A stretch of 64,000 nucleotides of DNA from Minisyncoccota bacterium. Its GTDB lineage: Bacteria > Patescibacteriota > Minisyncoccia > Phycocordibacterales > Phycocordibacteraceae. Below are positions 28,981 to 41,429 of this stretch, piece by piece. The notes under the pieces were generated by a model that was not told the origin of the DNA, searched no databases, and saw only the letters and a program-made list of their open reading frames with translations. The position numbers were made by a program, and so were the translations under genes. The stretch is from contig DASWXP010000002.1 in NCBI GenBank assembly GCA_036405415.1, forward strand, positions 48,097-112,096. Direction: 5' to 3'. Position 1 is the stretch's first letter, and every line of letters begins with the position of its first letter.

Positions 28981-29052
28981 GGCCTCATCGTCTAACGGCT
29001 AGGACAGATCCCTCTCACGGATCAAATCGGGGTTCGATTCCCCGTGAGGTCA
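28981..29052 (+). tRNA. tRNA-Glu(CTC), CCA not encoded
   Basis: Acceptor GGCCTCA/TGAGGTC, anticodon arm GATCC-CTCTCAC-GGATC, T-loop TTCGATT. Confidence 0.96.
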
Positions 29053-29059
29053 CACGAGC

Positions 29060-29083
29060 AAAAACCGCCCAAGGGCGGTTTTT
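29060..29083. terminator. Bidirectional terminator
   Basis: AAAAACCGCCC-AA-GGGCGGTTTTT. Confidence 0.85.
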
Positions 29084-29107
29084 GCGTCACAGAACGAAAC
29101 GAGCCGC

Positions 29108-29326
29108 CTAGGGTGGCGGCTCTTCGAAGTCCTGGATGACGGCTTCCATGTCTACGGAACTGGTGAATCTGACATCGCCGTCTTCCTCGACCTCGAATCC
29201 CATGAATTCGCAGTGCTTCGGGATAGGCTCTCCCTTAGCCACCGCTGTGACGCAGACGCCTACGAGAAGCGCTGCTTTCCGCATCCGAGGTTGGCTCAGG
29301 TACCTCTCCCTTTCGTGTTCTGCCAT
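29108..29326 (-). CDS. Hypothetical orphan protein (72 aa)
   Basis: AAGGAGG SD 5 nt before ATG; TATGCT -10 box upstream. Confidence 0.65.
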   Translation of the reverse strand: MAEHERERYLSQPRMRKAALLVGVCVTAVAKGEPIPKHCEFMGFEVEEDGDVRFTSSVDMEAVIQDFEEPPP

Positions 29327-29373
29327 AACGCCCTCCTTCTGGCTCTGAAAATGAGCATAGCAGGAGTTAGGAG

Positions 29374-30183
29374 CTATCGGAACTCCCGGGTCCAGAGCCT
29401 GAGCAGTCTCGAGAATCTGCCGATGCGCGTCCTTCGAATGGAGAGCGCCATGCCGGTTGTCCCGAGCGCGCGCCCGATGCGGGACGCGAGGGTCCTCATA
29501 TAGGTGCCTGAAGCGCAGGTAACGCGAAGGCGCAGAACAAAGAACGAGCGGTCAGGCAGCGCGTCGAACAGCTCGTCCCAGGCAGCACGTATCCTGTCTT
29601 GCCGGAAGTCCTCGCCGAGCCTCTTTGAAGGCGAATCGGTGCGCGGCGCCAGCGAAAGCATTGTTTGAATACGCTTGTTGAGCGCTTCCTTCGAGAGCTC
29701 AACGCATGCGAGCTCTTTGATCCTGTAGATAGTCTCTTCATGCGAAGGAATCTCAATCGAATCTAGTTTCCCTTCAAGCGAATACTGGAAGAGCGGCTTG
29801 CCGGCGACCGTCTTTGAGGAGAAGGCAGGATAGGGAACGGCATGAGTTCCGGTCTGTGCGCGAAGAGCCTTTGCGCTCGCGTCTGCTTTCGGAACGGTCT
29901 TGATTTCTGCGTATGTAGGAACGCCAAGCGCGTCGCCGGTGTCGCTTGAAAGGTCGAGCAGCACTTCAATCTCGTATTCCTTATCAAGATTCCGGTACCG
30001 GTCCTGACGCTTGCATTCGTCTCCGAGCAGGACAAGAAGTGCCCCTTCGGCCATAGGGTCGAGCCTGCCTGCGTAGGTAGCAGGAACAGAAGTGTATGCG
30101 GAATCAGTCGTTCTCCAGGTATCTATTGCTTGAAGAGGCGTCTGGCCGATCTTTTTATGGAGAAGCACATACCGGATGCTCAT
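29374..30183 (-). CDS. Second TruB-family pseudouridine synthase
   Basis: YAGRLDPMAEG, KEYE, SGTYMRTL; start MSIRY 7 nt after TACGAT. Confidence 0.85.
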   Translation of the reverse strand: MSIRYVLLHKKIGQTPLQAIDTWRTTDSAYTSVPATYAGRLDPMAEGALLVLLGDECKRQDRYRNLDKEYEIEVLLDLSSDTGDALGVPTYAEIKTVPKADASAKALRAQTGTHAVPYPAFSSKTVAGKPLFQYSLEGKLDSIEIPSHEETIYRIKELACVELSKEALNKRIQTMLSLAPRTDSPSKRLGEDFRQDRIRAAWDELFDALPDRSFFVLRLRVTCASGTYMRTLASRIGRALGTTGMALSIRRTRIGRFSRLLRLWTREFR

Positions 30184-30256
30184 TACGGCCATCGTATCAA
30201 ATGAAAAACCGCCCGGCGCATTCTGCGTCCAGGGCGATTCTGTTCATGCGCACCTC

Positions 30257-30541
30257 CTAGTGCATGGTGACTTCGTCGGGAGCGAAATACTCCTTCATGT
30301 CAGCGACGAGGTTGGCCCCGTGCCGGCGGATCCCGTCATACGAAGCCACGCGAACCGATCGCTCGATGACGACCCAAGAGTCTTCCCGGTCGATCTTGTC
30401 GTCCTTGCAGTCCTTCGCGAAGAGCAGGAGGCGGACTTCATCCACTTCAGATGCTCGGATGAAGCCCTTAACGGTTACGACCTTGCCGTCCTGACCAAGA
30501 AAGCCCGGATTCGGCAAGGCGACGAACGCGTGTGAACACAT
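30257..30541 (-). CDS. Hypothetical orphan protein
   Basis: GAGGAG SD before ATG. Confidence 0.55.
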   Translation of the reverse strand: MCSHAFVALPNPGFLGQDGKVVTVKGFIRASEVDEVRLLLFAKDCKDDKIDREDSWVVIERSVRVASYDGIRRHGANLVADMKEYFAPDEVTMH

Positions 30542-30652
30542 TGTGGTAACTCCTCATTTCTCGAGAATGAATAAGTCACCATCACCAAACTCCAAGCGGA
30601 GGATAGCATTTATGCAATAAATTGGAAGCATTGTCTTCATGAAGAAGGCGGC

Positions 30653-30901
30653 CTACAAGTGGCCGCCAAATTCATAGTCATCTCCTTTCTCTGCGTGTGC
30701 TTCGGGTCGCAACTTGGAGCGTTTGATAGTTTTGTCCTTGAGGATCTGCTCGTAGAGCTCGTCCTCGTTGTCTGTTTTCTTGATCGCTTGTCGCTTTGCT
30801 GCCGCCGCTTGTCCGCCGCGACGAGCATATGCCCGCACGAGATCCATGTCGTCCCGGGCAAGTGCTTCAGCGATGAACGCAGGCCTTGACCGCTTCGTCA
30901 T
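30653..30901 (-). CDS. Small protein with KGG/stress-protein-like motif
   Basis: ARRGGQAAAAKR; TAGAAT -10 box, leader with GGAG. Confidence 0.55.
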   Translation of the reverse strand: MTKRSRPAFIAEALARDDMDLVRAYARRGGQAAAAKRQAIKKTDNEDELYEQILKDKTIKRSKLRPEAHAEKGDDYEFGGHL

Positions 30902-30958
30902 CCTTGCTCTCCAGACTGAACTGTCTGAAGGTATTCTAGCTAAAAGACGCCGAAAGAA

Positions 30959-31414
30959 TCAAGCGAGAAGCGAATCCACGGCTGCCTTCACGTCGCCACC
31001 GTCCGCGCGGCCCTTGAACTCCTGCATGAGAGAGCCCATGAATCGCCCTGCGTCCTTCTTGTCGGTTATACCGGCTTCAGTAAGCTTCGCCTTCACGATC
31101 GCCTCAATCTCCTCGCGGCTCATTTGTTCCGGAAGGAACGACTCTATGACCGCAAGCTCAGCGATCTCGGGTTCTGCAAGCTCGGGACGGCCGCCTGCGG
31201 TGAACTGCTCGATAGAGTCCTTGCGCTGGTTGGCTGCGCGCTTTAGTACCGCGAGCGCCTCCTCGTCCGTAAGGAACTCGTCAGGCTTTCGCTTCTTGGC
31301 GACAACCTCGTTGGTCATAAGCGTCACAACGGAACGGAGGGTGCGCAGGCGGACTTCGTCCTTGGCGCGCATGGCGTCAGGGATACCGGCCTTCAGGGTC
31401 TCATGTATGGTCAT
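30959..31414 (-). CDS. GatB/YqeY domain protein
   Basis: AMRAKD..RL.TLR, QRKDSIEQF..GGR, FLPEQMS, GRADG. Confidence 0.92.
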   Translation of the reverse strand: MTIHETLKAGIPDAMRAKDEVRLRTLRSVVTLMTNEVVAKKRKPDEFLTDEEALAVLKRAANQRKDSIEQFTAGGRPELAEPEIAELAVIESFLPEQMSREEIEAIVKAKLTEAGITDKKDAGRFMGSLMQEFKGRADGGDVKAAVDSLLA

Positions 31415-31416
31415 GG

Positions 31417-31713
31417 CTAGAATCGTACCATCTTCCGGGTCGAGTAGGTACGAGGCGCTTTGCTCTCCTTGAGCTGATAATGCTCATGTAGATGGATGAG
31501 ATCCTTGCGCACCGAAGCCGCAAAATCCGCCTTCGTCTTGTTATCCGGGTCGCCGGTGCAGGCCCTCGCGGCCTCTTCGAGGAATCCGATCACGCTCGCA
31601 AGGAAGGGGAAGTAGTCTCCTTGCTCGATATGGAACCTGAGGCGCTTCAGGCGCTCGTCGTCGCTCTCGTCACGCAAGAGCCAGGATATGGGAATGAGCG
31701 AATACGTTCGCAT
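31417..31713 (-). CDS. Hypothetical protein
   Basis: Operonic between radC and yqeY; host-like codon usage. Confidence 0.65.
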   Translation of the reverse strand: MRTYSLIPISWLLRDESDDERLKRLRFHIEQGDYFPFLASVIGFLEEAARACTGDPDNKTKADFAASVRKDLIHLHEHYQLKESKAPRTYSTRKMVRF

Positions 31714-31715
31714 GG

Positions 31716-32447
31716 CTAGCGATACTTCGCAGGAACGCTCGTATAGCCGTTCTTGGTGACGATGACGTGATCCACGAGCTCGATCCCGAGGAGACGGCCC
31801 GCATCGACGAGCTGCGCGGTTACGGTCTTGTCCGCGGCGGAAGGCTCAAGCACGCCCGATGGATGGTTGTGCACAAGGATCACTGCCGCGGCTGCGTAAT
31901 CGAGGGCAGGACGGAATACCTCGCGCGGATGCACTATGTTTGAATCAATGGTCCCGATCGAGATCACCTCGTCGCGCACCACCTTGTAGTGGCCGTTCAG
32001 GTAGAGCCCTCGGAGCTGCTCCTTGGGAAGGGTCCGCATCTCGACGACATAGTCGTACACGTCTCGCGCGGTGCGCAGCACCGGAGCGGCGATCTCGTTC
32101 TTCGCGAAGAACCGGCGTCCGAGCTCGGCTGCGGCGACCACTTGCATCGCCTTGCCCTGCGGCAGGCCTATCTCGCGGGCGAGCCGCGCAGGATCGGTCT
32201 CCTGCATGAACGTGCGCTCGCCGTACTCCTTCACGATCCTCGAGGCCATGGAGAGCACGTCTTCTTTGGCGGTTCCAACCGAAAGGAGGATGGCGATGAG
32301 TTCGGTTGTGGAAAGCGCAGCAGGTCCATTAGCGAGCAGCCGCTCGCGCGGGCGATCCGTGTCCGGAAGGTCATGGATGGTGAGCGTGTAGGTGCGGTCG
32401 GTCGCTTCGACAAGAGGAATGTCTGGTGACAGGGAATACTGAGTCAT
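31716..32447 (-). CDS. radC: RadC/JAB domain protein
   Basis: RPRERLL, VHPREVF, HNHPSG, LVDHVIV; start MTQY 7 nt after TATGAT. Confidence 0.93.
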   Translation of the reverse strand: MTQYSLSPDIPLVEATDRTYTLTIHDLPDTDRPRERLLANGPAALSTTELIAILLSVGTAKEDVLSMASRIVKEYGERTFMQETDPARLAREIGLPQGKAMQVVAAAELGRRFFAKNEIAAPVLRTARDVYDYVVEMRTLPKEQLRGLYLNGHYKVVRDEVISIGTIDSNIVHPREVFRPALDYAAAAVILVHNHPSGVLEPSAADKTVTAQLVDAGRLLGIELVDHVIVTKNGYTSVPAKYR

Positions 32448-32643
32448 AGTTCGCATCATAGCTGCGGGTAGCGTGTGCGTGCGCACTAGAAATCCCCAGA
32501 AGATTTCAGGTTTTCTTTATATTTCTGATACTCAGGTATACACAAGATTCATTGTGGCCCATGTGCTGCCTAACAAAATGGATTTCTAGATTGCACGGTC
32601 AGCAGATCATTAGAAAGATCTGTTCAGGTATACTTCAAGGACG

Positions 32644-35309
<2,666 letters not shown>

Positions 35310-35313
<4 letters not shown>

Positions 35314-36368
35314 ACGCTATAACCATCGTCATCATCGTCGCGGTCGTGATGCTCCTGCAGGGCATCGGTCTCTATATCGTGCTCAGGCGCCGCGAGAGTG
35401 ATGCTCCTAAGGACGACGGTCAAGGGCTCATGCTCCTCCAGAACCAGATGGAGAAGCTCGAGCGCTCTCTCGATGCGCGCATGCACGAGTCTTCACGAGA
35501 GATGCACGAGACGGTACGCTCGCAGCTCGGGGAATCCTCGCGCCTCATTCGCGAGATTACGCAGGAAATTACATCTGTTAAGGAAATCGGCCGGGAGACC
35601 GGCAGGTTCGCCGAGCAGCTGAAGTCGCTCCAGGACATCCTGAAGAACCCGAAGCAGCGCGGCATCCTCGGCGAGTATTATCTCGAGACCGTGCTTAAGA
35701 ACGTGCTTCCGCCAGGCATGTACAAGATGCAGCACATGTTCGAGAACGGGGAGATCGTGGACGCGGCCGTCTACGTGAACGACAAGCTCGTGCCGATCGA
35801 TTCGAAGTTCTCGCTCGACAATTACAACCGCTACGTGCACGCCGAAGGCGCTGAGCGTGTGACGCTCGAGAAGGCATTCGTGAACGACCTTAAGAACCGC
35901 ATCACGGAGACGGCAAAGTACATCCGTCCTGAGGAAGGAACCATGGACTTCGCGTTCATGTTCATCCCTTCGGAAGGCATCTATTACGATCTCCTCACGA
36001 ATCAGGTGGGCGCAGGCGAGGACGAGAACCTTATCCAGAGGGCGGCAGGGAAGTACAAGGTCATCATCGTCTCTCCGACGTCGTTCCTCGCGTACCTCCA
36101 GACCGTCCTCCAGGGACTGAAGGCGCTCCAGATCGAGAAGCAGGCAGAGGAGATCCAAAAGCGCGTAGGCGAGCTCGGGAAGCACCTGTCCGCGTATGAG
36201 ACCTATTACCAGAAGCTCGGTACTGCGCTTGGCACCGCCGTCTCCCATTACAACAGTGGGTACAAGGAGCTCGGGAAGGTCGAGAAGGACGTGTACCGCA
36301 TCGCGAAGGAGAAGATAGGACTCGAGGTCGAGCTGCTCGAGAAGCCGGGAACGCAGGAGATTGACTAA
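35310..36368 (+). CDS. rmuC: DNA recombination protein RmuC
   Basis: PKQRGILGE, IDSKF, KYIRP.EGT.DFAFMFIPSE; start 6 nt after TATACT. Confidence 0.92.
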
Positions 36369-36436
36369 ATAAAGTTTTTTCAGTATAAGTTCCGAAGAGG
36401 CATCCGGATATCCTGGATGCGTGTGTAGGTTGAACC

Positions 36437-36835
36437 ATGCAATTCGTGCGAAGGATCCTCGGGGCGGCAATGGCCGGATGGAGCATCGTTTTCATCGTCA
36501 TGTCGGTCTGGACCATGATCATCTCGATCAGGGCAGCGGGCGAGGCGGCTCTGCCCGTCACCATGCTCCCGGAGTACTTCTCCGTGCTGGCCATGCTCTG
36601 CCTGGTATGGGTCGTAACGACCATCATCCCGGGTATCCTGATGGCCAACAGCGGCAAGCCGCAGCGCGGCTGGAGCCTGGTTTCCCTGGCGAGCTTCGCG
36701 GCCATGATGGGCTTCGCCTGGCTGGTCAGGGGGCACGGGGGAGACGGCGTCACGCCGCCGGCCTGGCTCCTGTTCGGGATCCCGTTCCTGTCCTTTCTGG
36801 ACATCGTGCTGCCGCCCTGGAAGTCCAAGACCTAG
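36437..36835 (+). CDS. Hypothetical 4-TM membrane protein (orphan cassette)
   Basis: Four hydrophobic segments; TTGACT-N17-TATAAG promoter at 36361-36389; downstream hairpin. Confidence 0.65.
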   Translation: MQFVRRILGAAMAGWSIVFIVMSVWTMIISIRAAGEAALPVTMLPEYFSVLAMLCLVWVVTTIIPGILMANSGKPQRGWSLVSLASFAAMMGFAWLVRGHGGDGVTPPAWLLFGIPFLSFLDIVLPPWKSKT

Positions 36836-36911
36836 GAACGGCGCCTTTGGGCCGCTCGGGAAACCGAGCGGCCTTGCCTTTTAGGGCCTATTTCGGTACT
36901 ATAGCGGGACT

Positions 36912-37241
36912 ATGGAACTCGCAGTAATCAAGACCGGAGGCAAGCAGTACGTTGTCTCCCCGGGCGCAACCGTCACGATCGAGAAGCTCGGTCGCGGTGC
37001 CGCTACCCAGGACGTGAAGAAGGGCGACACTGTCACCTTCGACCAGGTCCTCATGACTGATAACGGAACCCTCTCGCTCGGCACCCCGACCCTTTCCGGG
37101 AAGACCGTGACCGGCACCGTGCAGTCGGTAGGACGCGCGAAGAAGGTAGAGGTGGTCAAGTACAAGGCCAAGAGCAACTACTTGAAGCGCCGCGGACACC
37201 GCCAGCCGCAGATCAAGGTGAAGATCGACAAGATCGCCTAA
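36912..37241 (+). CDS. rplU: 50S ribosomal protein L21
   Basis: AVIKTGGKQY, GHRQP. Confidence 0.97.
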   Translation: MELAVIKTGGKQYVVSPGATVTIEKLGRGAATQDVKKGDTVTFDQVLMTDNGTLSLGTPTLSGKTVTGTVQSVGRAKKVEVVKYKAKSNYLKRRGHRQPQIKVKIDKIA

Positions 37242-37331
37242 CGAGAAACCGCCCCTCCGGGCGGTTCTTGCGTTACGTACAGCAACTCGGTATGTTCTAA
37301 TCTGAGCCATACCGCAGCAGAGGAGTTTCCG

Positions 37332-37610
37332 GTGTCGCAGGTTCTTTTACGGGTATTTCCGGACCGCCCACGCAAAGGGGTGTCCGGGATGCAGAAGGGC
37401 ATCGAGCTCGAGGACGAATACAAGGACGGGGATCCGTTCCATCTGCATGAGCTCGCTCATGAATTTCCGGTCGAGAAGCGTCCCAAAGTGATCCCGGAAG
37501 GGTATGACTACGCTCTTCACTTCATCGTGCCTGCTCACGTCATGGGCAGGTTTACCGAGGAAGCGGGTTGGGCCGAGATCACAGGATGCGCTACCTGTCC
37601 TCGTGAGTAA
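37332..37610 (+). CDS. Hypothetical orphan protein
   Basis: GAGGAG SD before GTG. Confidence 0.55.
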   Translation: MSQVLLRVFPDRPRKGVSGMQKGIELEDEYKDGDPFHLHELAHEFPVEKRPKVIPEGYDYALHFIVPAHVMGRFTEEAGWAEITGCATCPRE

Positions 37611-37650
37611 CAAACGTTTTCCATATTCGCAGACATACAGGGAGAGAAAA

Positions 37651-37914
37651 ATGATGCGATGGATTATGACGAGTGCGGATCCGGAACGACGCGTCGCGGT
37701 ATCCAAGGATTGGCTCCTCAAGGAGCCGCTCACGGAAGGTGCGAAGATCTGGGTTCCCGAGCTCAATCGGCAAGTGAGGGTCGATCGGCTCTATGACCAT
37801 GAGTTCCATACGGTCGTGAGCGCCGGCGACGTGGACACTATTCTGAAGGCGCCGGGCACGACCTGGGTGGACCACAAGGACTATGTCGACGAGATGGCAA
37901 GAAACGCCGCTTAA
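37651..37914 (+). CDS. Hypothetical orphan protein
   Basis: GGGAGAG SD before ATG; ends before terminator at ~37931-37964. Confidence 0.6.
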   Translation: MMRWIMTSADPERRVAVSKDWLLKEPLTEGAKIWVPELNRQVRVDRLYDHEFHTVVSAGDVDTILKAPGTTWVDHKDYVDEMARNAA

Positions 37915-37966
37915 GAGGGAACGTCAGACAGAAGGGCCCGCGCGCAGTACGCCGCGGGCCTTTTCG

Positions 37967-38572
37967 CTATGCCTCCTTTCGGTTCTGAAGCGCGGCCGAA
38001 AGGGTAGCAGAGTCCGCGTACTCGAGCTCGCTTCCGGTCGCGAGCCCGCGTCCGAGCTCAGAGAGGGTAATGGGACCGCGCAGCGGCGCAAGGAGCTCGC
38101 GCACCCTGTCTGCGGTGTGTTCGCCCTCGGACGTCGCTGAGAGCGCAAGCACGATCTCTCGGAGCCCGTGCTTCGCGCGTATCTCTACGACGCGTACGAG
38201 GTCCCGTTCGCGTATCGCGCCCTTGCCGGAAAGGGTTATGACGCCACCAAGCACGAAGTAGCGTCCCCGGTACGTGCCGGCGCGCTCGACCGCCTGAAGG
38301 TCCTGGTCCTTCTCGAGCACCATGAGAATGGAGTCATCCCGGTTCACGTCCGCGCAGTAGTTGCAGAGGTTCTCGTGGTTGGTCGGTGCAAAGCGCATGC
38401 AGAGTCCGCATTGCCGAACGTCAGCGGCAAGGTTCTGTATCAGATCCGCAAGATGAGTGCGGTCTCCCTGAGGCACGGAAAGAAGATGATATACGAAGCG
38501 CTTCGCCTGCCTGGGGCCTATGCCCGGGAAGCGGTTGAACGCGCTTGCAAGTTCGTCGATGCGGTCGCGCAT
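37967..38572 (-). CDS. recR: Recombination mediator RecR
   Basis: PGIGPRQAKR, C4 zinc finger, TOPRIM, ELEYAD. Confidence 0.95.
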   Translation of the reverse strand: MRDRIDELASAFNRFPGIGPRQAKRFVYHLLSVPQGDRTHLADLIQNLAADVRQCGLCMRFAPTNHENLCNYCADVNRDDSILMVLEKDQDLQAVERAGTYRGRYFVLGGVITLSGKGAIRERDLVRVVEIRAKHGLREIVLALSATSEGEHTADRVRELLAPLRGPITLSELGRGLATGSELEYADSATLSAALQNRKEA

Positions 38573-38575
38573 AGG

Positions 38576-39940
38576 CTAGAACTCGTCGGCGAACTCTCCG
38601 TACCCGGTCTTGTCCATCGGCATGAAGCTCGTGCGCTTCTCGTCGAAGTAGAGCTCGACCTTGCCCGTGGGGCCGTTACGATGCTTCTCGATGAGTATCT
38701 CAGCGATGTTCGGGCGATCGCTTTCCTTGTTCTGCTTGTCCTCGCGATGGATGAACATGACCACGTCCGCGTCCTGCTCGATGGAACCCGAGTCGCGGAG
38801 GTCCGAGAGGCGCGGCTTGCCGCCGCGCTGCTCCACGGCGCGCGAGAGCTGCGAGAGCGCGATAACCGGCACTTCGATCTCGCGGGCGAGCTGCTTCAGG
38901 GAGCGGGAGATCTCCGTGACCTGCTGCACCATGGAATCGGATGCCTTGGTATTGGTCGGGGCCATGAGCTGGAGGTAGTCCACCACGATGAGCCCGATGC
39001 CGCGCTCGCGCTTCAGGCGGCGCGCAACCGCGCGCATGGAAAGGATGTTCTGTGCGGGCTTGTCGTCTATGTAGATAGGGGCTTTCGACAGGGTTTCGAG
39101 CGCGTCGCGGATCTTTCCGAAATCCTCCTCCGCATGGATCGCGCCCGTGCGCATCTTCCACGAGTTCACGAACGACTCAGCGGAGAGCATGCGGTCTACG
39201 AGCTGCTCGGAGCTCATCTCGAGCGAGAAGATGCCCACCGGCGTGTCGTGCTTCACGGCAACGTTGCGCGCGATATCGAGCGCGAGCGACGTCTTACCCA
39301 TGGACGGACGGGCCGCGAGGATGATGAGGTCGGACTTATGGAGGCCCGAGAGGAGATTGTCGAGGTCCGGGAAACCGGTAGGAACGCCGCGCACGCTGCC
39401 GCCGTTCTTCGAGAGGGTTTCGATGCGCTCCCATGCGCCGTCCACCTTGTCCTTGATCGCGATGAACTTATGCGTGGCCGATGCGTTTCCGATCGCATAG
39501 ATAGACTTCTCTGCGTGGTCGAGCACATGCGCCGTATCGCCTGCGTCGTCGTACGCGGCTTCCGTGATCTCGTGCGCCACGTCGATAAGGGAGCGCATGA
39601 CATGCTTCTTCGCGACAAGTTCCGCGTAGTGCGCGTAGTTGCCCGGAGTGGGAGACGAGCTCGCGAGCTCCGCGATATACGCGCGCCCGCCAGCGCGCTC
39701 AAGCACGCCTTTCGCGTTAAGGCGCTCGCCGAGGGAGAGGATGTCGATCGGGTCGCCGCGCTCCGTGAGCTCGCGCATGCACTCGAATATGTGGCGGTGC
39801 TTCTCTGCATAGAAGGAGTCGGCGCGGATGAGGTCCGAGACGTCGTGTATGGCGTCAGGCTTCAAGAGGAGGGAACCGAGCAGGGCGCGCTCAGAGTCCA
39901 TGCTCTGAGGCGGTACGCGGAGAGTCGGGTCAGCAGCCAT
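38576..39940 (-). CDS. dnaB: Replicative DNA helicase
   Basis: AARPSMGKT, VDYLQL, LSDLRDSGSIEQDAD, KHRNGP; no intein. Confidence 0.97.
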   Translation of the reverse strand: MAADPTLRVPPQSMDSERALLGSLLLKPDAIHDVSDLIRADSFYAEKHRHIFECMRELTERGDPIDILSLGERLNAKGVLERAGGRAYIAELASSSPTPGNYAHYAELVAKKHVMRSLIDVAHEITEAAYDDAGDTAHVLDHAEKSIYAIGNASATHKFIAIKDKVDGAWERIETLSKNGGSVRGVPTGFPDLDNLLSGLHKSDLIILAARPSMGKTSLALDIARNVAVKHDTPVGIFSLEMSSEQLVDRMLSAESFVNSWKMRTGAIHAEEDFGKIRDALETLSKAPIYIDDKPAQNILSMRAVARRLKRERGIGLIVVDYLQLMAPTNTKASDSMVQQVTEISRSLKQLAREIEVPVIALSQLSRAVEQRGGKPRLSDLRDSGSIEQDADVVMFIHREDKQNKESDRPNIAEILIEKHRNGPTGKVELYFDEKRTSFMPMDKTGYGEFADEF

Positions 39941-39953
39941 CCCCTCTATTCTA

Positions 39954-41414
39954 TCAACCGGCCTTCGGGGTGACTACGGGTCCGGAAGGCCCGTCCTCAA
40001 CAGCATATCCACTGCTCTCGATGTGGATACGCAGCGTATCGGCCTTCGCGAAATCGCGTGCGGTACGCGCCGCTTCGCGCTCAGAGACCAGGGCGAGAAT
40101 GTGCGGCGGGACCTCTGCGCGCGCGGCAGAAAGGAGTCCGAGGCCAAGAACACGGTCTGCGGCTTCGATGGCGCCGAGCTGCTCCTCGCGGGTAAGGTCT
40201 TCGTCCTTCACCGCTTCCCATAGGAGCGCGAGCGCCTGCGGGGTCGAGAGGTCGTCCCTGAGAAGCGCTATGATGCGACGGCTCCATTCAGATGGGCGGG
40301 TACGGCCCTCGGCTTCGCCGCGTATGGTCTGTGCAAGACGGGTAAGGCGCTTCAATGCCGCGTCCGCGGCCTCGAGCGATTCCCAGGAGAAGGAAAGCGG
40401 AGATGCGTAGTGCGCCTGGAGGAAGAGATAGCGGAGTGCAAGGGGAGAGAAGCCGCGTTCTGTGATGTCTGATACGTACACGTCGTCCCCGGCAGATTTC
40501 GATATCTTCCGGTTCTCGATTGTAAGGAACGCGTTGTGCATCCAGAAGCGAGCAAGCGGCTTCCCGTACGCAGCTTCGGACTGCGCGATCTCGTTGGTGT
40601 GATGCACAGGAATGTGATCGATGCCGCCCGTATGGATATCGAACGGCTGCCCAAGAAGCGCCCGGCTCATCGCGGAACACTCGATGTGCCACCCTGGGAA
40701 CCCGCGGCCCCACGGGCTGTTCCATTCCTGCTGGCGCCGGGACCCTGGGGGAGAGAATTTCCAGAGGGCGAAATCCGCAGGGTGCCGCTTCTCATCGTTC
40801 GCGGCGATGCGGCGGCCGATCTCCGAGAACGCCTCCTCGCGGAGCTTGTCTCCTCCATGGTCGAGCGTGCCGTAATTTGGGAATGCGCGGGTATCGAAAT
40901 AGATGCCGTCCTTGATGCGATACGTATACCCCTTCTCTTCGAGGATCTTGATTATGTCGATCTGCTCCTCGATGTAGTCGGTTGCGCGCGGGAAGCTGAT
41001 ATTGTCCGCGTCCACACCAAGCACCCGGATGTCCTCGATGAAGAGCCTGGTGTAGCGCGCGGCGATATCGGAGGCGCTCATGCCCGCTTCGCGTGCTCCT
41101 TTCTCCATCTTGTCTTCGCCCGAGTCCGCGTCGTCGGTGAGGTGCCCGACGTCCGTGATGTTTATGACCCTCCTCGCCTGATACCCGGCCTGCGAAAGCA
41201 TACGCGCGAGCGCGTCAGCGAACACGTAGGAACGGAGGTTCCCGATATGCGCGCGGCTGTATACGGTAGGGCCGCAGGAATACATCGCGACGATGCCCGC
41301 CTTAATGGGAGAGAAGACCTCCTTCCGGCCTGAGAGGGTGTTCTCGAGCAGGACCGGCGCGTCGCTCGTCACGGGCTCGCTCTTAGGCGAGAAGAGAGAG
41401 GTGAGCCATTTCAT
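39954..41414 (-). CDS. cysS: Cysteine--tRNA ligase
   Basis: CGPTVY, HIGN, PGWHIECSAM, KISKS. Confidence 0.96.
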   Translation of the reverse strand: MKWLTSLFSPKSEPVTSDAPVLLENTLSGRKEVFSPIKAGIVAMYSCGPTVYSRAHIGNLRSYVFADALARMLSQAGYQARRVINITDVGHLTDDADSGEDKMEKGAREAGMSASDIAARYTRLFIEDIRVLGVDADNISFPRATDYIEEQIDIIKILEEKGYTYRIKDGIYFDTRAFPNYGTLDHGGDKLREEAFSEIGRRIAANDEKRHPADFALWKFSPPGSRRQQEWNSPWGRGFPGWHIECSAMSRALLGQPFDIHTGGIDHIPVHHTNEIAQSEAAYGKPLARFWMHNAFLTIENRKISKSAGDDVYVSDITERGFSPLALRYLFLQAHYASPLSFSWESLEAADAALKRLTRLAQTIRGEAEGRTRPSEWSRRIIALLRDDLSTPQALALLWEAVKDEDLTREEQLGAIEAADRVLGLGLLSAARAEVPPHILALVSEREAARTARDFAKADTLRIHIESSGYAVEDGPSGPVVTPKAG

Positions 41415-41429
41415 ACGCCCTATTCTACC

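Noticed and set aside
28981-30901. tRNA-Glu as integration site of a prophage or island
   Set aside because: No duplicated tRNA 3' end or integrase found; flanking genes include host-style genes.
38576-39940. Intein in DnaB
   Set aside because: Length (454 aa) and motifs are contiguous with no insertion.
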